In this document: in pieces, positions 35,955-45,728 of the stretch
Numbering within the stretch: position 1 is the first letter of the stretch
How the letters are laid out: each line of letters opens with the position of its first letter
Source: a virus
Taxonomy: Duplodnaviria > Caudoviricetes
DNA: 56,500 nucleotides
IMG/VR virus record: IMGVR_UViG_3300035703_000116
Location: 1-56,500 of that record
Reading direction: 5' to 3' (one strand)
Translations under genes and position numbers: made by a program
Notes under the pieces: model-generated
Told to the model about the DNA's origin: nothing
The model's input: the letters and a program-made list of their open reading frames with translations, nothing else
The model's database searches: none

Positions 35955-36226
35955 CAAACGAAGAAGAATACAATCCGAGAAACCGTGAAAAATCAAAACA
36001 AGCAAAATATGGCTTGTTTTGGTGCCGTGGATGTGACACGCAGCTTGTGTGCGATGGCGAAAAGTGTTCTGTTTGTGGACTAAAGAACAATCCCTCAAAA
36101 ATTAGATACAGCTAGCAAGCATGTATCAAGTCTGTTTGCCCGTCCGTCGCAGGTCGGGCTTTTTTGTGCCTAGCCGAACTACCGTGTGCCAGTTGTACTA
36201 CTTGGACTAGGCGTGCGGAAAAATGC

Positions 36227-36712
36227 TCACCCCTCTTGGGCAAGCCACCTAGCCCGATGAAGCCTGGCCTCAAAGGCAGCCTCTGCTTTATCTTTAAATT
36301 TTCCAACAAAAACATATTGCTTGAGTTCTGGATGAAACCATCTGGAAATGTAACTGTGAGAAGCTGCATCAAACTTAGCAAATTTATCATCAACGCTGGA
36401 AAGCCATTTGCGCCCTTCGCACAAAGTTAAATTGCGAGAGTTTTCAGATGGTGTAACCCACCTAAGATTCTCAAGTTTATTATTTGATCTATTTCTATCT
36501 ATATGATCGACTCGATCCTCGTACTCATCGGGAAAGATGTCATTCAAAATCAAGCAAAGCTGATGACACTGAAGCCTCGTGCGCTTGTAACTAAGAGTGT
36601 AGTACCCCTGCGGCGTAAGAGTGCCAGCATTTTTAGTTGTACCGTCATTTAGAACTCTTAATATGCAGCTAGGTGAACTGACGCTGTAAATAAAAACACG
36701 CTTCAATTCCAT
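36227..36712 (-). CDS. HNH endonuclease with AP2-like C-terminus
   Basis: VDHIDRNRSNNKLENLRWVTPSEN; FVGKFKDKAEAA. Confidence 0.85.
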   Translation of the reverse strand: MELKRVFIYSVSSPSCILRVLNDGTTKNAGTLTPQGYYTLSYKRTRLQCHQLCLILNDIFPDEYEDRVDHIDRNRSNNKLENLRWVTPSENSRNLTLCEGRKWLSSVDDKFAKFDAASHSYISRWFHPELKQYVFVGKFKDKAEAAFEARLHRARWLAQEG

Positions 36713-36763
36713 TGAATCAAACAGCAAAACTCTTGGTACTCGTTTTTGCATTTTCAAGAAGAG

Positions 36764-36792
36764 TTGACAGGAGTCTCGAACTACTGTACCAT
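36764..36792 (+). promoter_or_regulatory. sigma70-type promoter
   Basis: TTGACA-17bp-TACCAT. Confidence 0.72.
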
Positions 36793-36803
36793 AGTTCGTA
36801 CCC

Positions 36804-37208
36804 ATGCACAAAGCAATGAGCGCTCCTCACGAATCGTTTGGGCCGAATGAACTCACAGAGCCACAGCAAGAGCTTTACAAATGGATCTGCGCCTACATAG
36901 AAAAAACTGGGCACTCGCCTGCTATCAGGGAAATGATGCGAGCGATGAACCTAAAGTCCCCTGCGCCAATTCAAAGCAGACTAAAATTCCTAGAGAAAAA
37001 AGGATGGATCGAAAAAAGAGAAAAAAATGGCAAGCCTGGAATCTGGCCAACGGCACCAGAAAAAGGTGCATCTATTTTCATAAAAAGAGAAGTACTATTA
37101 GCTGCAACAATGACGGCGCCAGATGATAAAAATATCCAAGAATGGATTAATGAATTGATTCAATTTGCAGCAAAAGAAAAAGCTGGAGAGTTTTCAAAAT
37201 GCACATGA
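36804..37208 (+). CDS. LexA DNA-binding-domain protein (no peptidase domain)
   Basis: LTEPQQELYKWICAYIEKTGHSPAIREMMRAMNLKSPAPIQSRLKFLEKKGWI closely resembles the cyanobacterial LexA N-terminus. Confidence 0.85.
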   Translation: MHKAMSAPHESFGPNELTEPQQELYKWICAYIEKTGHSPAIREMMRAMNLKSPAPIQSRLKFLEKKGWIEKREKNGKPGIWPTAPEKGASIFIKREVLLAATMTAPDDKNIQEWINELIQFAAKEKAGEFSKCT

Positions 37209-37531
37209 CCGAAGCACTTGCAAAGTCTCTGGCGCGTGCAGTGCATCTCAGATACAGCATTGTCACGCGACGAGATGAACACAAAAAGCGCGTTCAAGAA
37301 CTAACGCAAAAAAGATCAGCGCTTTACATAAAAGCAACTGACTACCTAGAAGATTCACCGGCGATGAGTGAATTTCACAGACAACTTGATTTACTCGACA
37401 AACAGGAGTTTGAGCTTCATGACGAATTCAAAAAGTTTCTCAGAAAAGCCGACGATGATCTCACAATCGCAATCGGAGAAATTGTACGACAAAAGTTTGG
37501 ACCCGATTGGGATTTCAATTCAGCTATCTGA
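37199..37531 (+). CDS. Coiled-coil hypothetical protein
   Basis: ORF in operon. Confidence 0.6.
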   Translation: MHMTEALAKSLARAVHLRYSIVTRRDEHKKRVQELTQKRSALYIKATDYLEDSPAMSEFHRQLDLLDKQEFELHDEFKKFLRKADDDLTIAIGEIVRQKFGPDWDFNSAI

Positions 37532-37544
37532 ACTTGCGCCCGTA

Positions 37545-37727
37545 ATGAATTTACGACAGGCGCAAAAAGCAAATGACATTCAATCTTTGATTTCGCAGCT
37601 AGCAATTAGCAAGTTACGCGCAGCAGACAGGAATGACAGAAATAAATATGACATACTAGAGAAGCAGCAAATACAAGCTGCAATTGCTGCATTGCAAATT
37701 ATTCAGGAGGTTGAAAATGCTATCTGA
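37545..37727 (+). CDS. Hypothetical protein
   Basis: MNLRQAQKAND... Confidence 0.55.
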   Translation: MNLRQAQKANDIQSLISQLAISKLRAADRNDRNKYDILEKQQIQAAIAALQIIQEVENAI

Positions 37728-38634
37728 TGACGACAGCTTTTTTGAAAGCAAGGCGCGAATTGCAGAGAGACAACCCTTCACTGCATTGCCAAATTGGATC
37801 ATCAGAAAACGTGCAGAAGATGCAAAATGGCTGAGCTGTGCTGAATTTTCAATTTTAGTCACACTGCAGTTTTTTGCAAATGGCGCAGGAATTGATTCGT
37901 CTGTTTTTCCAAGTTACAACACAATTGCAATGTATTCAGGCGTATCAAGAAGGTCTGCAATTGATTGCATTGATTCCCTTATGAGCAAAAAGCTCGTCAA
38001 GAAAGAGTCGAGAAAAAACAAAGACGGTCAGCAATCGAACGTTTACAGATTGATGATTTGGAGTGATAGCGAGCCCGTTCACGAGCCTGGGGGTGGTGCA
38101 GAATCTGCACTGGGGGTAGTGCAGGATTTGCACTGGGGTGGTGCAGGATTTGCACCCGAACAAGAACCAATGAACAAGAAAAGAAAAGAAATCCCCCCTG
38201 TATCCCCCCAGCGACCTCCTGCGCCGCCCACACCCGCCACAGACACGCCTTCACCCGCTTCTGGTACCAAGAGGGTCAAAGCGACTCAGAGCAGCGTTCC
38301 AGACGATCTCAGGCCCCTCTCAGAGCTGATCTGCAGCTTCTTCAACGATCACAAAGCAGGGGCGAAGACGCAACGAGCTTTTGAGGGATTGATTTTGCAA
38401 CTAAGGAAAATCTTGCAAGATAAAAGCGGTGGTATGCAGCATGTAAAAAAGCAACTGCAGATCGCTATCGAGAAATCGCAAATGGGCGAGAAAAAATGGA
38501 GTTCGATTACTTACGAAAATTGGGAGCGCTTTGGAAAACAAAAAACTCCTGCATGGCAAATCAACAACAGACCCAGCACGCAAACTGTCACAACAATTTT
38601 TGAAGAAGACGCAGCAAGCGACTTGCAATTCTGA
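37717..38634 (+). CDS. Replication initiator (N-terminal HTH, lambda O-like arrangement)
   Basis: FPSYNTIAMYSGVSRRSAIDCIDSL..QQSNVY; internal repeats; directly upstream of helicase. Confidence 0.82.
   Translation: MLSDDDSFFESKARIAERQPFTALPNWIIRKRAEDAKWLSCAEFSILVTLQFFANGAGIDSSVFPSYNTIAMYSGVSRRSAIDCIDSLMSKKLVKKESRKNKDGQQSNVYRLMIWSDSEPVHEPGGGAESALGVVQDLHWGGAGFAPEQEPMNKKRKEIPPVSPQRPPAPPTPATDTPSPASGTKRVKATQSSVPDDLRPLSELICSFFNDHKAGAKTQRAFEGLILQLRKILQDKSGGMQHVKKQLQIAIEKSQMGEKKWSSITYENWERFGKQKTPAWQINNRPSTQTVTTIFEEDAASDLQF
38088..38155. repeat. Three 22-23 bp iteron-like repeats, candidate origin
   Basis: TGGGGGTRGTGCAGRATYTGCAC x3 (third copy one G shorter), each with a GTGCA-N5-TGCAC dyad, followed by an A-rich tract. 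Confidence 0.8.
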
Positions 38635-38675
38635 AATACGTGCTACAATCTGCAAACTCTCGCACTCAGAACAAC

Positions 38676-40094
38676 ATGACAACGCTCAGCATTGAAGACT
38701 TTGAAACTCAGCAGGACTCGATTGAAATAGAAAAACACTTTCTTGCCGCCGCCTACAACCATCTTTGTTTTGGGTTTGGCGAACAAGATTGGATTGATAA
38801 ATTCATGGATCTTCCTAAAGGGCGCGAGATATTTTCTGACGCACTCAACAAAAGCATGTTCGATTGCTTGCAAGAAGAACTACTAACTTTCCAGGATGCG
38901 CCGACAAACGAAATTACTGTTTCGACTCGCCTTAGAAAGTTAGTTGAATGCGATGCAGCAACAATTGACAATTACATTGATGAGATCGTTTCACGCCCCG
39001 TAGAAAAAGATCTTGATGTCTGGAAGAACAAAATTATCCCTATCTGGCATTTTCATCACTCACGCTCGCTTGTCAAAGATCATTTAAGGAATTCGCTGGA
39101 CATTGTAGAAAGAAGCTGCAATATACAAGAATCTCAAGTTGCGCTTTCTTATGTGCTAAATGCTGCGCAGCTTATTGAGGGCGTAGAAACACAAAAAGAT
39201 GAGATACATCCCTTTGTCGCCGCTAAGGAAATGCTGCTTGGCCCGAAGCAGGAAAATCGAGTCCTACGCACCCGTTTCGGCTTCCTGAACAGCGCCCTGG
39301 GCGGTGGCCTGAACCATCCCACACTTGGGACGGATGGACGTCTGATCGTGGTTGCAGGACGCCCCGGCAGTGGCAAATCCACCTGGGCCATGAACCTGGC
39401 TCTCGATGTCGCCACAAAAGGGTGCAAGGTGCTTTTTTACACGCTTGAAATGTCAGACAAAGAAGTTTGTCAGCGCATGTTGTCGTGTCTTGATTATTTG
39501 ATGTGCTTAGAAAAAGGTGGAACACCTCTTAGCTATGGGCACATCATCAGGCAAATTAAAGATGAAGAGCAGGAAGAAAGAATTCGCTCAATTCCTATCG
39601 AACGCATCGCCGACAACTTTATTTTCACAAATACATACAACGTCTCGCCAACTCAAGTCGCAACAAAAATCAAAACAGAAAAGCGCAGAAACAAAGACCT
39701 CTCCTTGGTAATCATTGATTATTTGACGCTGATGGATCTTGATTCAGATTCGACAAAAGCTGAGACACGAGCGCTTGCAATTGGCGCTGCAACACGAAAG
39801 CTAAAAACTGTTGCACTGCAAACAGGTGTTGACATTCTCGCCGTTTGTCAATTGAACAGAGGTGTTGAATCGAGAAATGACAAAAAACCAATGCTTTCTG
39901 ATCTTCGTGAATCTGGGCGCATCGAAGAAGACGCAGACATGGTGATCATGAACTATTGGCCCTGGTATTACGACAAGAACGAGGACACAATGCGTTATGA
40001 GTACGCCGTTGTTAAAAACAGAAAGGGCGCAACAGGAACATGCGAGATCTCCTTCGCTAAAGAATTTTATGCAATGACGGAGCGTGCAGAGTGA
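38676..40094 (+). CDS. dnaB: DnaB-like replicative helicase
   Basis: GRPGSGKS, FYTLEM, IIDYL, QLNR, LSDLRESGRIEEDAD, KNRKG. Confidence 0.95.
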   Translation: MTTLSIEDFETQQDSIEIEKHFLAAAYNHLCFGFGEQDWIDKFMDLPKGREIFSDALNKSMFDCLQEELLTFQDAPTNEITVSTRLRKLVECDAATIDNYIDEIVSRPVEKDLDVWKNKIIPIWHFHHSRSLVKDHLRNSLDIVERSCNIQESQVALSYVLNAAQLIEGVETQKDEIHPFVAAKEMLLGPKQENRVLRTRFGFLNSALGGGLNHPTLGTDGRLIVVAGRPGSGKSTWAMNLALDVATKGCKVLFYTLEMSDKEVCQRMLSCLDYLMCLEKGGTPLSYGHIIRQIKDEEQEERIRSIPIERIADNFIFTNTYNVSPTQVATKIKTEKRRNKDLSLVIIDYLTLMDLDSDSTKAETRALAIGAATRKLKTVALQTGVDILAVCQLNRGVESRNDKKPMLSDLRESGRIEEDADMVIMNYWPWYYDKNEDTMRYEYAVVKNRKGATGTCEISFAKEFYAMTERAE

Positions 40095-40684
40095 ATCATT
40101 CCTCTCGCAACACGCCCTGCCCAATCTGTCATAGAAACACGGATGACAAATGCAGGTGGAACGATGAATTTATACTTTGCTACGATGGAGATTCTTTTGC
40201 GCCCCCTCAGCATTTACGTGTCGGCGACAAAATAAAAGTCAATGCAGAAACATTTGCATTGTGCTCAACACTGTCTGGATTTGCGGGAAGCTCTCACTGC
40301 TTTGCGCTTGTCGATGATTTTAATTATCGCTTCTTGAAATATGAAGACAAGCGTGCGTACAGAGCTCAGTGCGTGCGCATCATGAAAGAATTCCTGCAAA
40401 GAAAAAAGTCGATTGATCTTTCCATTAAATTTATCGAGTTGAATGATAATTTGCAAGCGTATAGAGTCGATGAACTGTTAGGTCTTAAGCTGATTGCTCA
40501 GAAATGCAAGTCCCAAGCAGAACATCTTTTAGCTTACGCCTCGGCAAACAAAAGATATGTCGTTGACTATCTCTCGCACGTGAATGCGATTTTTGAGGCA
40601 GAAAAAACAGCAGTCGATGCGCTTGCTGAGATTTCTAGCTTTGAAGAGGTCTGTCTAGGATGCGCCCAAGTATTGACAAAATAG
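40091..40684 (+). CDS. Protein with primase-type Zn-binding N-terminus
   Basis: SSRNTPCPICHRNTDDKCRW; no TOPRIM motifs seen. Confidence 0.55.
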   Translation: MNHSSRNTPCPICHRNTDDKCRWNDEFILCYDGDSFAPPQHLRVGDKIKVNAETFALCSTLSGFAGSSHCFALVDDFNYRFLKYEDKRAYRAQCVRIMKEFLQRKKSIDLSIKFIELNDNLQAYRVDELLGLKLIAQKCKSQAEHLLAYASANKRYVVDYLSHVNAIFEAEKTAVDALAEISSFEEVCLGCAQVLTK

Positions 40685-40708
40685 CAATAGTGCGCAAGAC
40701 TTTGCGGA

Positions 40709-42235
40709 ATGCGCACTCACTCTCTCAACGCAGAACAGACAATGCTTGATCAAATTCCTGCTCAGAAAAAGAAAAACTACATCTCCTGCAAGAAGATCGC
40801 ATCTTTTCGCAAGGGCATGAAAGCGACAGAAAAAGGAAAAATGTCGTCTTCAAGTTATACGTTTTTTGCATTTGAACATGAAAATTCAATTACTTTTTCG
40901 TCGCGCTACAGATCGAAAGACTACGAGGGTGGGTCAGTTTTTAATGATCACTTCAAATATCAACTCAAGATCAGAACGTTAAAATCTGGTGAAAAAAGAT
41001 TTATTTTTTACAACTTGGCTGGGCGCCAAGTCGGAGTTCGCACTTCGTCTCCAAATCACATGCGTAGCAAGTTGGCAATGCTTTGCAGGGCGCAAGAGGG
41101 TAATCGCAAAAAACCCATGCACAAAGACCCTGATCGTGGGCTCTACTTGGCTCAGGAGCGTCGCCTACTTGCTTTTCTGCGCAGCTTTCTGAAGCGTCAT
41201 GGGATCTCGACTCGTTATCTGAGTAACGACCCGTTCTCTTTGATGACGCAGCTCTGCTACCCAGGCACTCGTGAATTTACAGATGAAACACTGCGTAAAA
41301 TTTCTGTTGGTAAATTTCTGATTGACGATCCAGTAAAAACAATTTTACGTACAAACGGAAAGAAGAGTAGGCGCGTTCTATTCAGTGCAATCAAGAAAAA
41401 TCCACTGATGGCGCAAGGATTGCTGCGATTTGCAAAGTACATAAGAATTAATCGCTCACTGGATCATGCGCAAGAATTTCTTGAAAAAATGTCGCAAGCG
41501 CATTTAGATCGCTTTGGGCAAGAACGTATATTTTCGGACGGTCTTTATCACGAGTACGGGGCAAAGTATTTGAAAGCGAAGCAAATGAAGGTTTTTGATC
41601 GCTTATCTATTGATGCAATTATTTCAGCGCTTTATAGCAGTATGATTCTCAATGATACATTTTCAATGATTCACAGACTCAACGCAAATGAAGGATTTGA
41701 TTTCTCGCAAATTCAGTATAATTCGATTAGAGAGTTGCACGATGCACTTACTGAACTAACCCCAAAACGAAGAAAGAATTCTTTTACTCATTTTTTCTTC
41801 AAAGAAAGCAATCCCTCAGTCCAGTTTTGCAAGAAACTGCAAGATGGATTTGTCGATAATCGCTACTCAGTTTGTTACGCGACTGGAACAAAGGAACTTC
41901 ATCAGTTGGCTGGCATCATGCACAACTGTGCTTTTTTCTATTACAATAGAATCGAAAAAGGAGACTACGCAATCTTCTGCATCAAAGATGACGGCAAGAC
42001 GAAGTACATGTTTGGAATGAATCTTTACTACAGAAAAGACGTGAATCGCTTATTTGCAAAGCTTGATCAAGCCGTAGCAATGTGTAACGCAAAAATTGAG
42101 GTAGACATTGAAAACGAATTGAATGATAAAATTCAAAAAGCTCTAGCCCCTTCTATTCTTTATAGCTATGAACTCCGACTACCCAAAAATCAGCCCCGCG
42201 CCGAACTGGGTGTCAATCTTTACGCTGCACCCTGA
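40709..42235 (+). CDS. PcfJ-like domain protein
   Basis: C-terminal LHDAL...ELHQLAGIMHNCAFFYYNRI..YAIF. Confidence 0.65.
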   Translation: MRTHSLNAEQTMLDQIPAQKKKNYISCKKIASFRKGMKATEKGKMSSSSYTFFAFEHENSITFSSRYRSKDYEGGSVFNDHFKYQLKIRTLKSGEKRFIFYNLAGRQVGVRTSSPNHMRSKLAMLCRAQEGNRKKPMHKDPDRGLYLAQERRLLAFLRSFLKRHGISTRYLSNDPFSLMTQLCYPGTREFTDETLRKISVGKFLIDDPVKTILRTNGKKSRRVLFSAIKKNPLMAQGLLRFAKYIRINRSLDHAQEFLEKMSQAHLDRFGQERIFSDGLYHEYGAKYLKAKQMKVFDRLSIDAIISALYSSMILNDTFSMIHRLNANEGFDFSQIQYNSIRELHDALTELTPKRRKNSFTHFFFKESNPSVQFCKKLQDGFVDNRYSVCYATGTKELHQLAGIMHNCAFFYYNRIEKGDYAIFCIKDDGKTKYMFGMNLYYRKDVNRLFAKLDQAVAMCNAKIEVDIENELNDKIQKALAPSILYSYELRLPKNQPRAELGVNLYAAP

Positions 42236-42371
42236 ACTCGATCCACCGGGATACAATGACACTTTTATCGAAATTTATGAGCATCCATACGTAAAACCGG
42301 GGGCAGACAAAGAAGAAAAAGCAAAGGAGAAAAAGAAAAAGAAAAAGCTTGGGCGCAATGAGAAAGCTTAA
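42168..42371 (+). CDS. Hypothetical protein
   Basis: NWVSIFTLHPELDPPGY. Confidence 0.55.
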   Translation: MNSDYPKISPAPNWVSIFTLHPELDPPGYNDTFIEIYEHPYVKPGADKEEKAKEKKKKKKLGRNEKA

Positions 42372-42874
42372 AAGTCATCCCAGTTACTTTCTTTGCTGCG
42401 CGTCGTAACGCAGTTTTGCCTGAACAATCCATCGCTGATAGTCAACCGGATTGGCTTCATTGCGCACCACTTGTTTGAAGTGATCCGCAAATGTTTGCAT
42501 TTCCTCTTGCTTAACGCGTGCTTCTTTTTCGATTTTTTTTGCCAAGCTAATTCTTTTCAAGAGTGCTTGGTGCAATGCCGCCAAGTCAGCTCTGGTATTC
42601 GTAAAATTCTCCCATTCCTTTTGAGTCGATTCGCGGCCATACCTTTTGGCGCGACTAGCTAGAATTTTTAGCTTTGCGTTTACCCTTGTCAGATTTCCAC
42701 TTACTTCATTGGCTACATCTAAAGCGTCTTCAATGTCAATAATTGAGCCATCTTTTGCGCTTATGTTGCGATTCAGGATTTTTGAGAACATAATTGTGCT
42801 GGTGATTGAAGTAAATTGCTACCCTGAAAATTGTACCATTTAACTCGCTAAAAGTCATCCCAGTTACTTTCTTT
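42369..42874. repeat. Perfect 26-bp direct repeat (42369-42394, 42849-42874) flanking one gene
   Basis: TAAAAGTCATCCCAGTTACTTTCTTT twice, 480 bp apart. Confidence 0.9.
42384..42791 (-). CDS. Coiled-coil hypothetical protein
   Basis: 135 aa ORF between the direct repeats. Confidence 0.65.
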   Translation of the reverse strand: MFSKILNRNISAKDGSIIDIEDALDVANEVSGNLTRVNAKLKILASRAKRYGRESTQKEWENFTNTRADLAALHQALLKRISLAKKIEKEARVKQEEMQTFADHFKQVVRNEANPVDYQRWIVQAKLRYDAQQRK

Positions 42875-43141
42875 TCTTTTTTCAAATTCATCAAGCGTTA
42901 CTTTTTCAAAATCAATTGGCGCAACAGGAATTTTTCTTGTCAAGTGCTTGTGAGATGAATTCTCTTCCGTACTAATCCCGTTGATCTCGCAATACTTTTC
43001 ATGCCATTCCTGAATCATTCTTCTATCAACAAAACCCTGCATTAAGTTTGCAATTGCTTGCACACTCTCGCCTTTTTCAAAAAGCAAATTCACCGTCACT
43101 CGCAGGATTCGGTTGAGAGATGTGGAGGCGCGTGTGGGCAT
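42848..43141 (-). CDS. Hypothetical HTH-like protein
   Basis: LLFEKGESVQAIANLMQGFVDRRMIQEW. Confidence 0.6.
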   Translation of the reverse strand: MPTRASTSLNRILRVTVNLLFEKGESVQAIANLMQGFVDRRMIQEWHEKYCEINGISTEENSSHKHLTRKIPVAPIDFEKVTLDEFEKRKESNWDDF

Positions 43142-43156
43142 TTTGCAGCTAAGGGG

Positions 43157-43186
43157 TTGACAGGTCGTACGATCTGATGCTACCTT
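43157..43186 (+). promoter_or_regulatory. sigma70-type promoter
   Basis: TTGACA-18bp-TACCTT with extended TG. Confidence 0.55.
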
Positions 43187-43211
43187 GCATCTGTTCAGCA
43201 CACAAGGCGGC

Positions 43212-43982
43212 ATGTCCGTTCATCAGAAGCTCATGCAGGCGCGTATCGCGCTTCAGGGCAAAAAGCTTTCAAAAAGCGGTAAAAACAAATTTGCTGGGTA
43301 CAATTACTTTGAACTTGGGGATTTTCTTCCCACTGTTCAAGAAATCTTTCTATCGCTCGGAATTTCGGGTGTTGTCAGCTACGGCAAAGACGAAGCCACT
43401 CTGACCATCACCGACTGCAGCAACCCCGACGACTGCATCGAGATCTCCAGCCCCATGTCCAGCGCTGCCCTCAAGGGAGCGCACGAGATTCAGAACCTGG
43501 GCGCTGTACAGACCTACCTGCGCCGCTACCTCTGGGTGACGGCCATGGAAATCGTTGAGCACGACGCCCTGGATGCCGTTCTGGGCAGCGATGCGGGCGC
43601 TGTGGCACCCAAGGTGGCTCCAGCTCCTGCGGCGACCCGAAAGCCCGTTGATGAAACCCCTGGCGGCCTCCCTGCCAGCGTTGCTTTTGCGCCCACCTCA
43701 GTCAACGAAAAGCTTGAAACCAAGCTGATGGATCTGGGTATTACGCAGTACGGAATCAAAACCGTGCTCACGATCACTGAATCCTTGAGCCTTGCAGAAA
43801 TCCCTGAAAACAAAGCAACGGCGCTGCTGAAAGCAGTTGGAAAGGATCACGTCAAGATGTTCAATCAGGGCAAGAACAGCAAGGGCGCACAAATTATTCC
43901 CGAGCCCGTCAGCGACAAAGTAAGCACTAAGTCGATTGATGATCTTGCAAAAGCTGCTGAAGATGCTTTTGGAGATGACTGA
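43212..43982 (+). CDS. ERF-family ssDNA annealing protein
   Basis: KSGKNKFAGYNYFELGDF, IQNLGAVQTYLRRY. Confidence 0.9.
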   Translation: MSVHQKLMQARIALQGKKLSKSGKNKFAGYNYFELGDFLPTVQEIFLSLGISGVVSYGKDEATLTITDCSNPDDCIEISSPMSSAALKGAHEIQNLGAVQTYLRRYLWVTAMEIVEHDALDAVLGSDAGAVAPKVAPAPAATRKPVDETPGGLPASVAFAPTSVNEKLETKLMDLGITQYGIKTVLTITESLSLAEIPENKATALLKAVGKDHVKMFNQGKNSKGAQIIPEPVSDKVSTKSIDDLAKAAEDAFGDD

Positions 43983-44185
43983 TGAAAATCAACACAAGTC
44001 AGCGAGTTACGTTTACTCTCCCTCGCCCTATTTACGAGAAACTTGTTGAGCTGGCGCAGCTAAGCGATACAAGTATTGCTGGGTTGACGAATCGAGCTAC
44101 TCGTGAGTGGCTGGAAGAGAACTACAAGCAGTTCATCGCTTTTTACTCAAAAGACAAGTCGGCGACGCAAGAGCGCTGGAAGTAA
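43982..44185 (+). CDS. Ribbon-helix-helix DNA-binding protein
   Basis: RVTFTLPRPIYEKLVELA..SIAGL. Confidence 0.7.
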   Translation: MKINTSQRVTFTLPRPIYEKLVELAQLSDTSIAGLTNRATREWLEENYKQFIAFYSKDKSATQERWK

Positions 44186-44200
44186 TCAACAGAAATCGCA

Positions 44201-44596
44201 ATGAGAAACAACACTGTTTTCACGATTAGCATCACTGTCGCATCTCTCGCGGCCCTTGCTTTCGTTCTCTGGGGACTTCCCCAACTCGGCGTCTACAACC
44301 GCACCTTGGCCGGCAAAGCCTCCCTCATGGAGGCCGAAAGCACGCGCCAAGTAAAAGTGCTTGAAGCGAAGGCGAAAAAAGATGCAGCTTCGCTTGAGGC
44401 GGAGGCTGAAATCGAACGCGCTAAAGGCGTTGCAGAAGCTAATCGCATCATCGGTGATTCGCTGAAAGACAATCCGCGATATTTGCAGTTTCTTTACATC
44501 AAGGGACTTGAAGAGGGCAGTCAAAATGGAGCAAAAGTAATTTATGTTCCAACAGAAGGCGGCCTCCCTGTTCCAACGCTGGGTATCGAGAAATGA
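44201..44596 (+). CDS. Membrane-anchored SPFH/band-7-like coiled-coil protein
   Basis: TM helix; ERAKGVAEANRIIGDSLKDNPRYLQ..VIYVPTEGGLP. Confidence 0.75.
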   Translation: MRNNTVFTISITVASLAALAFVLWGLPQLGVYNRTLAGKASLMEAESTRQVKVLEAKAKKDAASLEAEAEIERAKGVAEANRIIGDSLKDNPRYLQFLYIKGLEEGSQNGAKVIYVPTEGGLPVPTLGIEK

Positions 44597-44802
44597 GTGC
44601 ACGTTATCTGGTGTACCAAGTTGGTTGCATCGAGTGCGGCGTGTCTTCTTACCCAATCAAGACTTGCGCAACACTTGAAGACGCTCAAGCTGTAGCCAAT
44701 GCGCATCCGAGCACTTGGGAAACCGAGGGCGGAGAAGGCTATGTCACCGTCATTGATTTACAAGAGTGCAAAACGGTTGGCTATAACAGAAACGATGACT
44801 AA
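44593..44802 (+). CDS. Hypothetical protein
   Basis: VGCIECGVSS; ATGA overlap. Confidence 0.65.
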   Translation: MSARYLVYQVGCIECGVSSYPIKTCATLEDAQAVANAHPSTWETEGGEGYVTVIDLQECKTVGYNRNDD

Positions 44803-44835
44803 AGCTGCTGGCTCTACACGCTACGAGGTTCAACT

Positions 44836-45183
44836 ATGACTCAAGAACACCCGATCACCCCTTCGCCTGATCTGATTAGGCAGTGGAATGAAGACGCTGC
44901 CACTGCACCAATGGCAGATCAGCGCTACATCGCCATCCAAGCCGCCCGCTGGGGCGCTGATCAGGAGCTAAAGGCGTGCTGCACCTGGCTCAGCGATCAC
45001 GGCTGGATTGCTGCAGATCCAAAACTCCACGCCGCCCGCCGCCCCAAGTCGCCGAGCTTGAAGGAGCGGGCACTGGAGGCACTAAATGAAGCCGTCTACA
45101 TGGCCGATGACAGCCCACCTGAGGGCATTAGTACGGACCAGGCAGACATCATCCGCCGCGCCCTGGAGCAACTTGATGACTAA
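44836..45183 (+). CDS. Hypothetical protein
   Basis: HPITPSPDLIRQW..AARWGADQEL..PSLKERAL. Confidence 0.7.
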   Translation: MTQEHPITPSPDLIRQWNEDAATAPMADQRYIAIQAARWGADQELKACCTWLSDHGWIAADPKLHAARRPKSPSLKERALEALNEAVYMADDSPPEGISTDQADIIRRALEQLDD

Positions 45184-45349
45184 CACAGACAGGCTTTTGT
45201 CATTTGCCATCTGGGCTTGCATTTTAGGTTTTATTGGATACCAGCTTTTCCAAGAAGCGAACATGGGCCGACAGTGCAGCAAAGGCGGCGGAGTAGTTGT
45301 TATTGCATCAAACCTAACCGGTGTTTGTGTCCGCCGGGCACCGCGCTAG
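45176..45349 (+). CDS. Small membrane protein
   Basis: TM helix. Confidence 0.55.
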   Translation: MTNTDRLLSFAIWACILGFIGYQLFQEANMGRQCSKGGGVVVIASNLTGVCVRRAPR

Positions 45350-45453
45350 TAGTCAACATTACTAGTCATGCTTGAAGCAGCTATTTCCGTGGCCATTATG
45401 GCTTTTTGGATTTACCACTTCACTAGGACCCATTAGAAGTTTCGCCAACCACC

Positions 45454-45717
45454 ATGACCGATTACAAACAAATGTGCGCTGAGCTGCTTAATCGACTTCA
45501 AGGTCTGTATGACGAGCTAGTCGATTCTGAGATGGGCTGGGTTCCCCCTGAAGCTCAAGAATTGATGACACGTGCCCGCGCCGCATTGGCGGAGCCCGAG
45601 CCGGAGGGGCCTACGGATGCCGACTTGCACGCAATGGCTTTCAGTTACTCGCAGCCTTGTTACAAATTTGAATACATCCCCTTTGCTCGCTCTGTCCTCG
45701 CCCGCTGGGGCAAGTAG
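45454..45717 (+). CDS. Hypothetical protein
   Basis: MTDYKQMCAEL..ARAALAEPEPEGPTD..FARSVLARWG. Confidence 0.7.
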   Translation: MTDYKQMCAELLNRLQGLYDELVDSEMGWVPPEAQELMTRARAALAEPEPEGPTDADLHAMAFSYSQPCYKFEYIPFARSVLARWGK

Positions 45718-45728
45718 TCCGTCAACTG

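Noticed and set aside
4471-36811. HNH genes as group I intron-encoded ORFs
   Set aside because: All three sit between complete genes, with no interrupted host ORF and no room for an intron core.
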